Source of the DNA: Planctomycetota bacterium
GTDB lineage: Bacteria > Planctomycetota > Phycisphaerae > WQYP01
Reading direction: 5' to 3'
Length of the DNA: 33,090 bases
Assembly: GCA_023489375.1 (NCBI GenBank)
Contig: JAMDCX010000100.1
Location: 773 to 33,862 of the forward strand
The translations under genes were made by a program, and so were the position numbers. Position 1 is the stretch's first letter. Every line of letters begins with the position of its first letter. Shown one piece after another: positions 1 to 10,234 of the stretch. The notes beneath the pieces are model-generated. The model had not been told where the DNA came from and made no database searches. It worked only from the letters and a program-made list of their open reading frames with translations.

Positions 1-3000
1 AGGATTCATTGGCGTCAAAAAGTTCTTCCTGTCCGGCATACACGTTGCGCATATCGCCGGCGCTGGCCACCCGCATGCGGAAGATCACATCGGTGACTTT
101 TTCGCGCAGATTTTTCAGAAAATCATCAAACAGCCGCGAACCTTCCCGCTTATATTCAATAACCGGATCGCGCTGCGCAATACCGCGTAAACCAATGGTA
201 TCGCGCAGCTGATCCATCGCATACAGGTGGTCTTTCCAGGTAACATCGTAAATCTGCAACAGCACCGTCCGCTCTAATTCCGTCAGTTCGCGCCGCAAAA
301 ACGCATGCGCCAGTTCACCAATGCGTTCACGGCGTTCCTCCGGTGGTTCACCTTCAAATTCATCGGGCGCGGCCTGCGTAACAAACCGATCCGCCACCCA
401 GGCGGCCAGCATGCGCGATTCGGTAAGTTTAGCCAGCGCCTCATCAATCTGTTGATCGATGGTTTCATGCGTCCGGCGGGAAATATCCAGCAGCCGCTGG
501 CGTAATTTTTCCACGCCCAGGCTCCGTATTTCCTCGCCCGAAATCGCCGTGCCAAATTTGGCCTTCACCCACACGGCCAGCTGTTCCGACGCATAGACAT
601 TTTCCAGGCCGCCGGCGCCCAGCGTGGCTTCAAGGGCGTAATCAACGGGATAACTTATTTCCCTTTGCTGATAAGCCCGACGGGCATTGTCGAGAATCAA
701 TTCCACGGCCTGATCCTGGGTTTTACCGGTCAAATCCGTCGCCGGTATGGTCAGTTCAAATTTGTCATTGGCCCACTGCGCCAGTTGCTGCTGCGCATAG
801 CCCTTTACCAGATATTTCGCCAGCGGGTTGCAATCCCGGTGATCGATAAGATCCAGGGCCTTTTCCACCATGGTTTCAATGATTTCTTCGCGTTGCATGG
901 TCCGGAGCTGCCCGGCGCTGATTTGCACCTGGAACTGACTTAAAGCCCAGGCGGCCATGCCCGCGTAGTCATAATCCTCCGGGTGGGCATCCGGGTCCAT
1001 GAATTCCGCAATAGCGCTGCGGATATTACTGCGGGCGTCTTCGCGCGCTTTATCCTTGATGGTCATTTCCAGCACCGGCAATTCCGTGTCGCGCAGCTCC
1101 TGCGGATCGATGACCGTGTTGAAGCTCACACGCACCCATTCCGCCACACAGGTTGGAACATAATCCCGATCCAGATAATGCCCCACGGCGTCGCGCACGG
1201 ATTCGCCGATGGTTTCAAAAATAATTTCCCGCAGATTCCGCCCTTCCAGAATGGCCTGGCGCGACGTGTAAAAGAAATTACGCTGGTAATTGCGGACTTC
1301 GTCATATTCCAGCAGATTTTTCCGGATTCCGAAGTTACGCTCCTCCACCTTTTTCTGCGCCCGCGCCACAGCCCGGGAGACCATGCCATGCTCAATGGCT
1401 TCATCCTCCTTCATGCCCAGACGCTGCAGGGCCTTGAGCATGAAATCACCGGCGAACAGCCGCATCAGATCATCTTCCAGGCTGAGAAAAAACCGTGACA
1501 TGCCCGGATCACCCTGCCGGCCCGAACGACCGCGCAACTGATTGTCGATGCGCCGCGATTCATGGCGCTCGGTACCCAGTACAAACAAGCCCCCCACTTC
1601 CAGCACCCCCGAACCCAGGGAAATATCCGTACCGCGGCCGGCCATGTTCGTGGCGATCGTAACGCGACCGACCTTGCGCCCCTGTTTGTTGATATTTTGC
1701 GTGCCCGCCTTGGCGATGATCTCCGCTTCGCGCTCGTGATTCTTCGCGTTAAGCACTTCATGTTCAATGCCATGCTGCTGCGCAAGAATCTGCGACAGCC
1801 GCTGTGATTTTTCCACACTCGTGGTGCCCACCAGCACCGGCTGTCCGCGGTCCGATACCTCCTTGATCTGTTCGACAATGGCATTCCACTTGGCGTTCTC
1901 ATTCATGAAAATCAGGTCTTCAAAATCCTGCCGGCACAGCGGGCGATTGGTGGGAATCGTCACTACTTCCAGATTATATATTTTGCTGAATTCCTCGGAT
2001 TCCGTCATGGCCGTTCCGGTCATGCCGGCCAGACGCTTGTACAATTTGAAAAAGTTCTGCAGCGTAATGGTGGCCATGGTCTGCGTTTCCGGTTTGACCG
2101 TGACGCGCTCTTTGGCCTCCACCGCCTGATGCAGGCCGTCGCTCCATTGCCGTCCCACCATCAGGCGTCCGGTGGACTCATCGACAATAATCACTTCGCC
2201 TTTCTGCACCACATAATCTTTGTCGATTTCATACACCACGTGGGCCCGCAACGCCTGTTCCAGCAGATGCGGCCAATCCATATTACCGCCGACATAAAAA
2301 GATCCGACCCCCGCGAATTCCTGGGCTTTGCGGATACCCTCATGCGTTAAATGGGCGCTTTTACGGTCCAGTTCCACTTCATAAAGCTGCACCTCTTTGG
2401 CCAACGCCGCTTCCGCCGCCACGAGCTGCTTTTCGGTGTCCACAATGAGGTTCTGCAGGGCGGTGATTTTCTCCGCATCGCCCCGGGCATTTTTTATTTC
2501 GCCTTCCGCGCCCTTGATTTTGCGCTTCAACGTTTCCACATTGTTGTTAGCCGCATCCCAGGGGCGTTGCGCGGCGATTACTTTTCTGATAACTTCATCG
2601 GCCTGGCGATAACGCGGGGAATCGTCGTGGGCCGGGCCGCTGATAATCAGCGGCGTGCGCGCTTCGTCAATCAGTACGCTGTCGACTTCATCGACAATGG
2701 CGAAATCCAGTGGTCCCTGCACCTGCTCGGCCAGCGATTGCTTCATATTGTCCCGCAGGTAATCAAAACCAAATTCGCTGTTGGTGCCGTAAGTGACCGT
2801 GCATTGATACGCTTTTTGCCGCGGTTCATTATCCATATTGACCTGGATGAATCCCACCGACATGCCCAGGGCATAAAAGGCCGGCGCCACCCATGCGGCG
2901 TCGCGCCGCACCAGATAGTCATTAACCGTGACGACATGACAATGTTTACCCGCCAGCCCCATGAGAAAACAGGCCAGCGGCGCTACAAAGGTTTTACCCT

Positions 3001-3514
3001 CGCCGGTGGCCATTTCCGCAATTTTCCCGTCGTATAAAACCATCCCGCCGATCAATTGCACATCAAACGGACGCGCCCGGTACGGAGGCCGGGCATCCGG
3101 CACCGCGTCCCGGATGGCCTGGTAAAGTTCCGGCGGAATGTCCACGAATCGCCAGTCATGTTCGCCCACACATTTGACTTTCACCTGCTGGTAGCCGGCC
3201 TGGGCCTCCGTGGAAAGTTTGGAGCTGTCAAATGGTATCGCTGGATTAAAGGCGTTCCGCAAACCAATATTGCGATCCATGGATTCCCGCATCAGCGCAA
3301 AGGCTTCCGGAAGAATGGCCATATCCGATTCTCCGTCCGCCATGCGCCGGCGCAGTTCCTCCGCTTTAGCCCGGAGCTGGGCATCGGTTAAAACCCGCAT
3401 CCCCGCTTCCAGTACGTTGATGGCTTCCACCCGGTGGCGATAGGATTTAATTAACCGCCCATTGCGGGAGCCAAATATTTTGGTCATTGATTTATTGAGA
3501 AATTGTGTAACCAT
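1..3514 (-). CDS. secA: Preprotein translocase ATPase SecA; the N-terminus is present and the C-terminal end runs off the window start (at least 1171 codons visible)
   Basis: Absent from the ORF track because it is open to the window edge. Minus-strand translation from the ATG at 3514-3512 gives MVTQFLNKSMTKIFGSRNGRLIKSYRHRVEAINVLEAGMRVLTDAQLRAKAEELRRR. Walker A EMATGEGKT lies at about 2990-3016. In the same frame near the window start it reads ERTVLLQIYDVTWKDHLYAMDQLRDTIGLRGIAQRDPVIEYKREGSRLFDDF, the conserved SecA C-terminal signature. The + strand ORFs in 9..3443 are antisense shadows. Confidence 0.92.
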   Translation of the reverse strand, partial: MVTQFLNKSMTKIFGSRNGRLIKSYRHRVEAINVLEAGMRVLTDAQLRAKAEELRRRMADGESDMAILPEAFALMRESMDRNIGLRNAFNPAIPFDSSKLSTEAQAGYQQVKVKCVGEHDWRFVDIPPELYQAIRDAVPDARPPYRARPFDVQLIGGMVLYDGKIAEMATGEGKTFVAPLACFLMGLAGKHCHVVTVNDYLVRRDAAWVAPAFYALGMSVGFIQVNMDNEPRQKAYQCTVTYGTNSEFGFDYLRDNMKQSLAEQVQGPLDFAIVDEVDSVLIDEARTPLIISGPAHDDSPRYRQADEVIRKVIAAQRPWDAANNNVETLKRKIKGAEGEIKNARGDAEKITALQNLIVDTEKQLVAAEAALAKEVQLYEVELDRKSAHLTHEGIRKAQEFAGVGSFYVGGNMDWPHLLEQALRAHVVYEIDKDYVVQKGEVIIVDESTGRLMVGRQWSDGLHQAVEAKERVTVKPETQTMATITLQNFFKLYKRLAGMTGTAMTESEEFSKIYNLEVVTIPTNRPLCRQDFEDLIFMNENAKWNAIVEQIKEVSDRGQPVLVGTTSVEKSQRLSQILAQQHGIEHEVLNAKNHEREAEIIAKAGTQNINKQGRKVGRVTIATNMAGRGTDISLGSGVLEVGGLFVLGTERHESRRIDNQLRGRSGRQGDPGMSRFFLSLEDDLMRLFAGDFMLKALQRLGMKEDEAIEHGMVSRAVARAQKKVEERNFGIRKNLLEYDEVRNYQRNFFYTSRQAILEGRNLREIIFETIGESVRDAVGHYLDRDYVPTCVAEWVRVSFNTVIDPQELRDTELPVLEMTIKDKAREDARSNIRSAIAEFMDPDAHPEDYDYAGMAAWALSQFQVQISAGQLRTMQREEIIETMVEKALDLIDHRDCNPLAKYLVKGYAQQQLAQWANDKFELTIPATDLTGKTQDQAVELILDNARRAYQQREISYPVDYALEATLGAGGLENVYASEQLAVWVKAKFGTAISGEEIRSLGVEKLRQRLLDISRRTHETIDQQIDEALAKLTESRMLAAWVADRFVTQAAPDEFEGEPPEERRERIGELAHAFLRRELTELERTVLLQIYDVTWKDHLYAMDQLRDTIGLRGIAQRDPVIEYKREGSRLFDDFLKNLREKVTDVIFRMRVASAGDMRNVYAGQEELFDANES

Positions 3515-3943
3515 AAAATCCTTTGATGTTTATCATTGGCCTGAAATGACTGCCATTACTGGTGACTGTCTGCCGGACCGCTGCATCTTTCCGCCGCTAC
3601 CATGAATACCCACCATATTATACGCGCCGCCACGCATAGCGCATACCTTGACGCTCCGCTCCGGTTTGGCGGGTTGCGGCCGTTTTGATCGTCAAACCGC
3701 CAAGCCCAAAAGAGTTTCTCCGAGTAACATGAGCTGCGGCGACGGGCCGGAAATTTTCTCGGCGTGGTCGAGAATCAAGCCGCCGCCGGACGAGGGCTTT
3801 ACTTGATCCAACAATACAAGCTCATGCGGCCTTTCCTCAGCATTTCACGGAACGGCGTGCGGCCATAATTAGAGAAAAGAGGCGTTGCGGGTTTCATCAA
3901 ATCGTCCCGGAGATTTCATATTAAAAATCGCTAAGGTTCGATT

Positions 3944-6318
<2,375 letters not shown>

Positions 6319-6406
6319 TTTTGCCGTAATTTGCTAAATAGGTTACACTTATGAGCATTGGTATCAGCCGGTGAACCGGTGGACGCTTGGCACGGAGTGC
6401 ACAATT

Positions 6407-6694
6407 ATGTCTTTAGATCGAAGCCTCAAGGGCAAAAGTACGTTGGAACGGCATCGCAATGTCCTCAAACGGGCGGAGCGTATCAGCCTGCTGGAAGATA
6501 ATGATAAATGGACGGAAGGAAAGTCCGGCGTATTTAATCTTCCCAAGGTGGCGCATCGCAAGGCGGTGGCGGCGAAGAAAGCACCTAAGGCTGAGGCCGG
6601 CGAGGCTGGGGCTACCGCAGCCGTTGTGCCTGGTGCCACAGCTGCGGCGACACCCGCAGCCACGGCGGCACCGGCGGCCAAGGGCAAAAAATAA
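6407..6694 (+). CDS. Small, highly basic protein with an Ala/Pro/Lys-rich tail; resembles the 'small basic protein' family seen in PVC-group bacteria
   Basis: The track ORF 6371..6694 begins at a GTG. The ATG at 6407 is preceded by GGAG 9 nt upstream and gives MSLDRSLKGKSTLERHRNVLKRAERISLLEDNDKWTEGKSGVFNLPKVAHRK followed by an alanine-rich tail. The family assignment comes from memory of the motif HRNVL.RAERI....W.....V.GLPKV and was not searched. Confidence 0.6.
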   Translation: MSLDRSLKGKSTLERHRNVLKRAERISLLEDNDKWTEGKSGVFNLPKVAHRKAVAAKKAPKAEAGEAGATAAVVPGATAAATPAATAAPAAKGKK

Positions 6695-6770
6695 TTCGTA
6701 ATCGTTTGCGCCTGCGGTGTCCCACCGCGCATCTGAAATCTGAGATTTGAGATTTGAAAATGGACACCAG

Positions 6771-6870
6771 CCGTCGCAAGGCGTTGGGATGTTGCAAGGC
6801 CTTGATACAGGTATGTGGACGCCAACATTGCAATTAGGCACCAGCATCGCAATGCGGGTGGTGTGCACCG
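6771..6870 (+). repeat. Repeat module X, copy A
   Basis: Aligns by eye at roughly two-thirds identity with 18831-18960. Shared blocks are CGCAAGGCGTTG, ATG(T/C)GGACGC, TTG(C/T)AAT, GCACCAGCATCGC(A/C)ATGCGG(G)TGGT. Confidence 0.6.
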
Positions 6871-7083
6871 GCTTGGCAATGCGACCGAAAAGTGAAAAGT
6901 GTTCTATGTCCGGAGGTGGATTTAGCCGGTGGCATTGTGCCGCCGTGAATCCTCCACCAGGCGAAGTCAATGTTCGCAAGTGGAAACTAAACCACCGTAG
7001 CGTGTTATGGTGTTGGAGCCGTGCTTCACAGCAATTCAATCAGGATGGTGTTGAAGTGGGCATCAAGCCAGGCAGACGTTATG

Positions 7084-7227
7084 AACGAGATCGCAATAAT
7101 TTCCACAAAGTGGCGGTACTGGTTGGTGCGTGGATTCCGGAGTACTGTCCGTCAAATAGCCACAGGCTTGGCCGGTGGTGGAGTATTCAATAGTAATGCC
7201 AATCGGGAAGTTATTACGGTTCCATTG
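7084..7227 (+). repeat. Repeat module Y, copy A (~145 bp)
   Basis: About 90 percent identical by eye to 18656-18800. It contains the hairpin CCACAGGC-TTG-GCCGGTGG (7160-7178). It is closed by the long-range inverted repeat AATAATTTCC (7095-7104) / GGAAGTTATT (7206-7215). Confidence 0.85.
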
Positions 7228-7266
7228 CTTATTCACAGAGGTGCCTGATTTTACGGAGTGATATTT

Positions 7267-7926
7267 ATGGCACGCCGTAGTTCCGCCATGCCGGGGCTGT
7301 TGCGCCCAGAAACACTGATTCTCGCGGCGGCCTGTTTGATGGCGGGTATCTGGCTGGGGCATCTACGCCCCGCAAGTCCTCAGGCCCGGCTCCAATCCAC
7401 CAGTTCGCTGCGGGTATATTTTTCTCCGGATGGCGGAGCTACACATGAATTAGTGCGCCTTATCAATGCCGCACAAAAAAACATTGAAGTTCAAGCCTAC
7501 AGTTTTACCAGCAAACCGGTCATAGCGGCGTTAATCCGTGCCCGGCAACGAGGCGTCAAGGTTGCCATTATTCTGGACCGCTCTAACGTGGAGCGCAGAA
7601 ATTATCGTACCCGGACTTATCGTCGTTTCATCAGTCCCGGTCTGGAGGCTGTGTACACCGCCGGTATTCCAACTTACATTGACGATCGTTATCTTATTGC
7701 CCATAACAAAGTTATGCTGATTGACGGCCACATCATCATCACCGGCAGTTTTAACTTCAGTTACGCCGCCGCGCATTTTAACGCTGAAAACATGCTGGTA
7801 ATCCGGAATGTCCCCGCCTTGTTTAACCGATATGAGAAAAACTTTCTGTTTCATGAACACACCAGCGCACGGTATCAACCCGGGCTGGTGCTGGAACATC
7901 AATTTCATTTTCCAGATGGTCATTAA
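7267..7926 (+). CDS. Phospholipase D-family protein with a single HKD motif, Nuc-like nuclease type, with an N-terminal signal/anchor
   Basis: HKD motif AHNKVMLIDGHIIITGSFNFS. The N-terminal hydrophobic segment LILAAACLMAGIWLG follows a basic stretch. The track start at 7258 is a GTG, whereas the ATG at 7267 has GGAG 9 nt upstream. The size (~220 aa) is typical of single-HKD Nuc-like enzymes. Confidence 0.8.
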   Translation: MARRSSAMPGLLRPETLILAAACLMAGIWLGHLRPASPQARLQSTSSLRVYFSPDGGATHELVRLINAAQKNIEVQAYSFTSKPVIAALIRARQRGVKVAIILDRSNVERRNYRTRTYRRFISPGLEAVYTAGIPTYIDDRYLIAHNKVMLIDGHIIITGSFNFSYAAAHFNAENMLVIRNVPALFNRYEKNFLFHEHTSARYQPGLVLEHQFHFPDGH

Positions 7927-8054
7927 ACTGCACCCCACGTAACCGGTCGGGGAGATGTTGCCGGCATTGGTGGCGGCGATCAATTGCTTCGCCACGGCAA
8001 CCGGCACCGGCACACTAAGCTTGGGCGGTAGAATTTGTGGATTCTGTATGATAA

Positions 8055-8074
8055 AAATTTGTAATCGTTCACGG
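8055..8074 (+). repeat. Intergenic motif copy (aaatttGTAATCGTTCACGG)
   Basis: 13/14 match to consensus GTAACCGTTCACGG, with an A/T-rich 5' flank. It is the left arm of an inverted pair with 8171-8189. Confidence 0.85.
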
Positions 8075-8170
8075 CCATGCCGAAGGGCCATAGTGAGGGC
8101 GGTTTTGGTGTACCCCAAAGTGGGGGCAGCCCTTGTGGTGTGGGCTGCCAGCCTGCTGCAGTCACCTCAT

Positions 8171-8189
8171 CGTGAACGGTTACAAATTT
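8171..8189 (-). repeat. Intergenic motif copy, reverse orientation (CGTGAACGGTTACaaattt)
   Basis: Its reverse complement, aaatttGTAACCGTTCACG, matches 8055-8073 at 18 of 19 positions. Confidence 0.85.
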
Positions 8190-8215
8190 CGCGTAACGGC
8201 GATCATTGGGGCCGG

Positions 8216-8225
8216 GAACGGTTAC
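8216..8225 (-). repeat. Partial motif copy (GAACGGTTAC)
   Basis: gggAACGGTTACaccaatt shares the core and the A/T flank. A still weaker copy, ggACGGTTcCcaaattt, lies at 8347-8363. Confidence 0.4.
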
Positions 8226-8246
8226 ACCAATTAATTGTAAACAGTT

Positions 8247-8295
8247 AAAAAAAGCATGGCCGGCAAGGGAAGCTGCTACCCTTTACCGGCCATGC
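8247..8295 (-). terminator. Intrinsic (Rho-independent) terminator on the minus strand
   Basis: On the minus strand the sequence is GCATGGCCGGTAAAGGG - 9-nt loop - CCCTTGCCGGCCATGC, a 16-17 bp GC-rich stem with one bulge, followed directly by T7 (the A-run at 8247-8253 on the + strand). It lies about 245 nt downstream of the M48 peptidase stop. Confidence 0.75.
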
Positions 8296-8539
8296 GAGGG
8301 CAAGATGGATCATCACAACCGTCCGCATGCCCCCATAGGCATCCTGGGACGGTTCCCAAATTTCACGATGATTATCATCGCTTATTGCAAGTGATTTGTG
8401 TATCAGTAGTTCACTGAATCGTTCCTAGGGAATTCTCCGATACAGAGTCTAGGAAATTAGCTGTTATTTTCTTGCCATATAAGTATTTCAAGTGGGGCTT
8501 GATGCGGTATAGGCCTGAATTCAGCGGTGATTGGCTTCA

Positions 8540-10024
8540 TTATGGGTGTATCGCCCAGACCGCCAAAGCCATACCCGTGGCGGCGGCGAGCAGAATACCG
8601 ATGCGCATCGACACGATCTGACGGTTGAACCGTCGTTGCATTTCTGGGGATATGGCCAGAGCGGCCAGCAGGTTCATACGATTTTGCAGACTTGGGTGCA
8701 GCCATCCGGCGCGATCCGGTGGGTGGTTGGCCAAGTCCACCAGTGTGCTTAAACTTTCGGAAAATATTCTGGCCCCGGCCTGTGCGGGCGTTTCCAAATT
8801 ATCTTCGTTGATGTCCGAATGATCGTAATGACTGTCGGCGATCATAACTACGGTCGCACCGGAAGTCTGTGTTTTATGTGCGGCGGCGATACGCGCGGCC
8901 ATATAACGGGCCGCAAACCAGTCCGCCTGATGTTCACATAACCGGCTTACACGCGAAAAAGCAAATACAATCAGCAGCGCCACAATGGAAAAATTCAGCA
9001 GCATGACGGTGTTATCTCCCAGAGACCAGATATTCCCGGCCCACAGAGAAAGGCCCGTGCCCAGAAGATCAGCGGCGACAAAGGTTAACAGATACCACCA
9101 TATATGCCGGTGATGCCCATGCCCCACTTCATGCGCAAATACGGCCTCCACCTGTTGCGGTTCCAGCCGCTCAATGAGTAAATCCGTCAGCAGAAAATAA
9201 CGACACCAGGGCCACAACCCCAATATGGCAGCATTGGGAATGCGGTAATAGGTGTTCCATACACGTATGTCCACAAAGCCCACCTTGTGGCGGCGGGATA
9301 GCTCTTCCAACCGTGTGCGCAACGGTCCGTCCGGTAAGGGAGTGGTACGCCAATAACGTACCACCACGGCCGGCAGTATGACCAGCAGCACCAGCGCCGG
9401 CAGCACGGTGACAACTACGGACCAGTTGCCCAGATGCCAATGATTCATCAACGTTGTGATCGGAACGGTTAGAAAATCAAAAGCCAACAGCACAATCAAC
9501 AGGGATAGCCCATGTCGGAATTGCATGTGGACGTACTGCCAGCGCGTAGGCGGCTGGTGCATGGGATGAGTTGAAGCCTCTGACAAAATTTCGGCCTGAT
9601 GCTGGAGTATCAGTTCCAAGGGATATTCCAGAGACCATATCGCCAACCACGTCAGCACCGGGGCGGTTAACCAGATCACTGAAGACAACACCGGAATTCG
9701 CCCGGCATTCCATTGATATTTTACCAGCCAGCCCAGGCCGAAAATCCATAAATCCGCCGCCAGCAGAGCGGTGTTCAATGCCAGCAACCGGCGCACCACG
9801 CGTTGAATGGCCCTGTTGATAGCTGCGGGCGATAGCGATCCGGTTTGCCATTGCCGGCACATCCGGGCGAACCGTTGCCGCGCTGTAATCAACAGTGTTC
9901 CGTGCGCCAGTATCACCAGTAAAATCACGGTACCGGCGGATAGTGGAACGGCAGGCCGCTGCGGTGCGCTGTCAAAGGCTGCCACGATTAAAAGAAGAAT
10001 AATAACCTGCAGGGGTGCAATCAT
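8540..10024 (-). CDS. Integral-membrane M48-family zinc metallopeptidase
   Basis: 494 aa with multiple hydrophobic spans. HExxH zinc site in FAHEVGHGHHRHIWWY. Confidence 0.8.
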   Translation of the reverse strand: MIAPLQVIILLLIVAAFDSAPQRPAVPLSAGTVILLVILAHGTLLITARQRFARMCRQWQTGSLSPAAINRAIQRVVRRLLALNTALLAADLWIFGLGWLVKYQWNAGRIPVLSSVIWLTAPVLTWLAIWSLEYPLELILQHQAEILSEASTHPMHQPPTRWQYVHMQFRHGLSLLIVLLAFDFLTVPITTLMNHWHLGNWSVVVTVLPALVLLVILPAVVVRYWRTTPLPDGPLRTRLEELSRRHKVGFVDIRVWNTYYRIPNAAILGLWPWCRYFLLTDLLIERLEPQQVEAVFAHEVGHGHHRHIWWYLLTFVAADLLGTGLSLWAGNIWSLGDNTVMLLNFSIVALLIVFAFSRVSRLCEHQADWFAARYMAARIAAAHKTQTSGATVVMIADSHYDHSDINEDNLETPAQAGARIFSESLSTLVDLANHPPDRAGWLHPSLQNRMNLLAALAISPEMQRRFNRQIVSMRIGILLAAATGMALAVWAIHP

Positions 10025-10122
10025 GATTTTATTCTACACGCGGATCGATTCTAATGAACAACCCCGCAACATCTTTCCAGGAACTGGACCCGACACGATC
10101 TCGGGGCACTAATTCTGACGCA

Positions 10123-10200
10123 CCGTCCCGCAGATAACCACAGGCTTGGCCGGTGGCGGCTTCATCGCGTGTTGCGCCCATCGGGACGTTCTCTCGCGGT
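10123..10200 (+). repeat. Repeat module Y, truncated and divergent copy C
   Basis: It shares the identical 19-nt hairpin CCACAGGCTTGGCCGGTGG (10138-10156) and the flanking GTCC(C)G ... ATCGGGA(C) segments, which can pair (CGTCCCG 10124-10130 with CGGGACG 10182-10188). Confidence 0.65.
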
Positions 10201-10234
10201 TGTCGGTCTGCGGGGCTGCTGTGCCGCAGCTGGT

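Noticed and set aside
324-332. CGTTCACGG inside the secA coding region
   Set aside because: It matches only the 3' nine bases of the motif and lacks the GTAAC half and the A-rich flank. This is consistent with chance.
6413-7193. ORFs spanning the repeat modules (6413..7039 -, 6747..7193 +, 7063..7362 -, 18577..18942 -, 18696..19247 +) that share peptide strings such as NNFPIG.(T/S)IEYSTTGQA and NSHRLGRWWSIQ
   Set aside because: The similarity is at nucleotide level. Copies A and B differ by a 1-nt indel that shifts the frame, substitutions show no third-position bias, and both strands give equally conserved 'peptides'. This is repeat DNA, not a gene family.
8171-8183. The motif CCGTGAACGG resembling half of parS (CACGTGAAACA), a LexA box (GAAC-N4-GTTC types), or a sigma-54 or ECF promoter
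   Set aside because: It lacks the full parS palindrome. No second GTTC/GAAC half-site occurs at the spacing of known LexA motifs. It lacks GG-N10-GC sigma-54 spacing. No conserved -10 lies 16-17 nt from the GAAC across copies.
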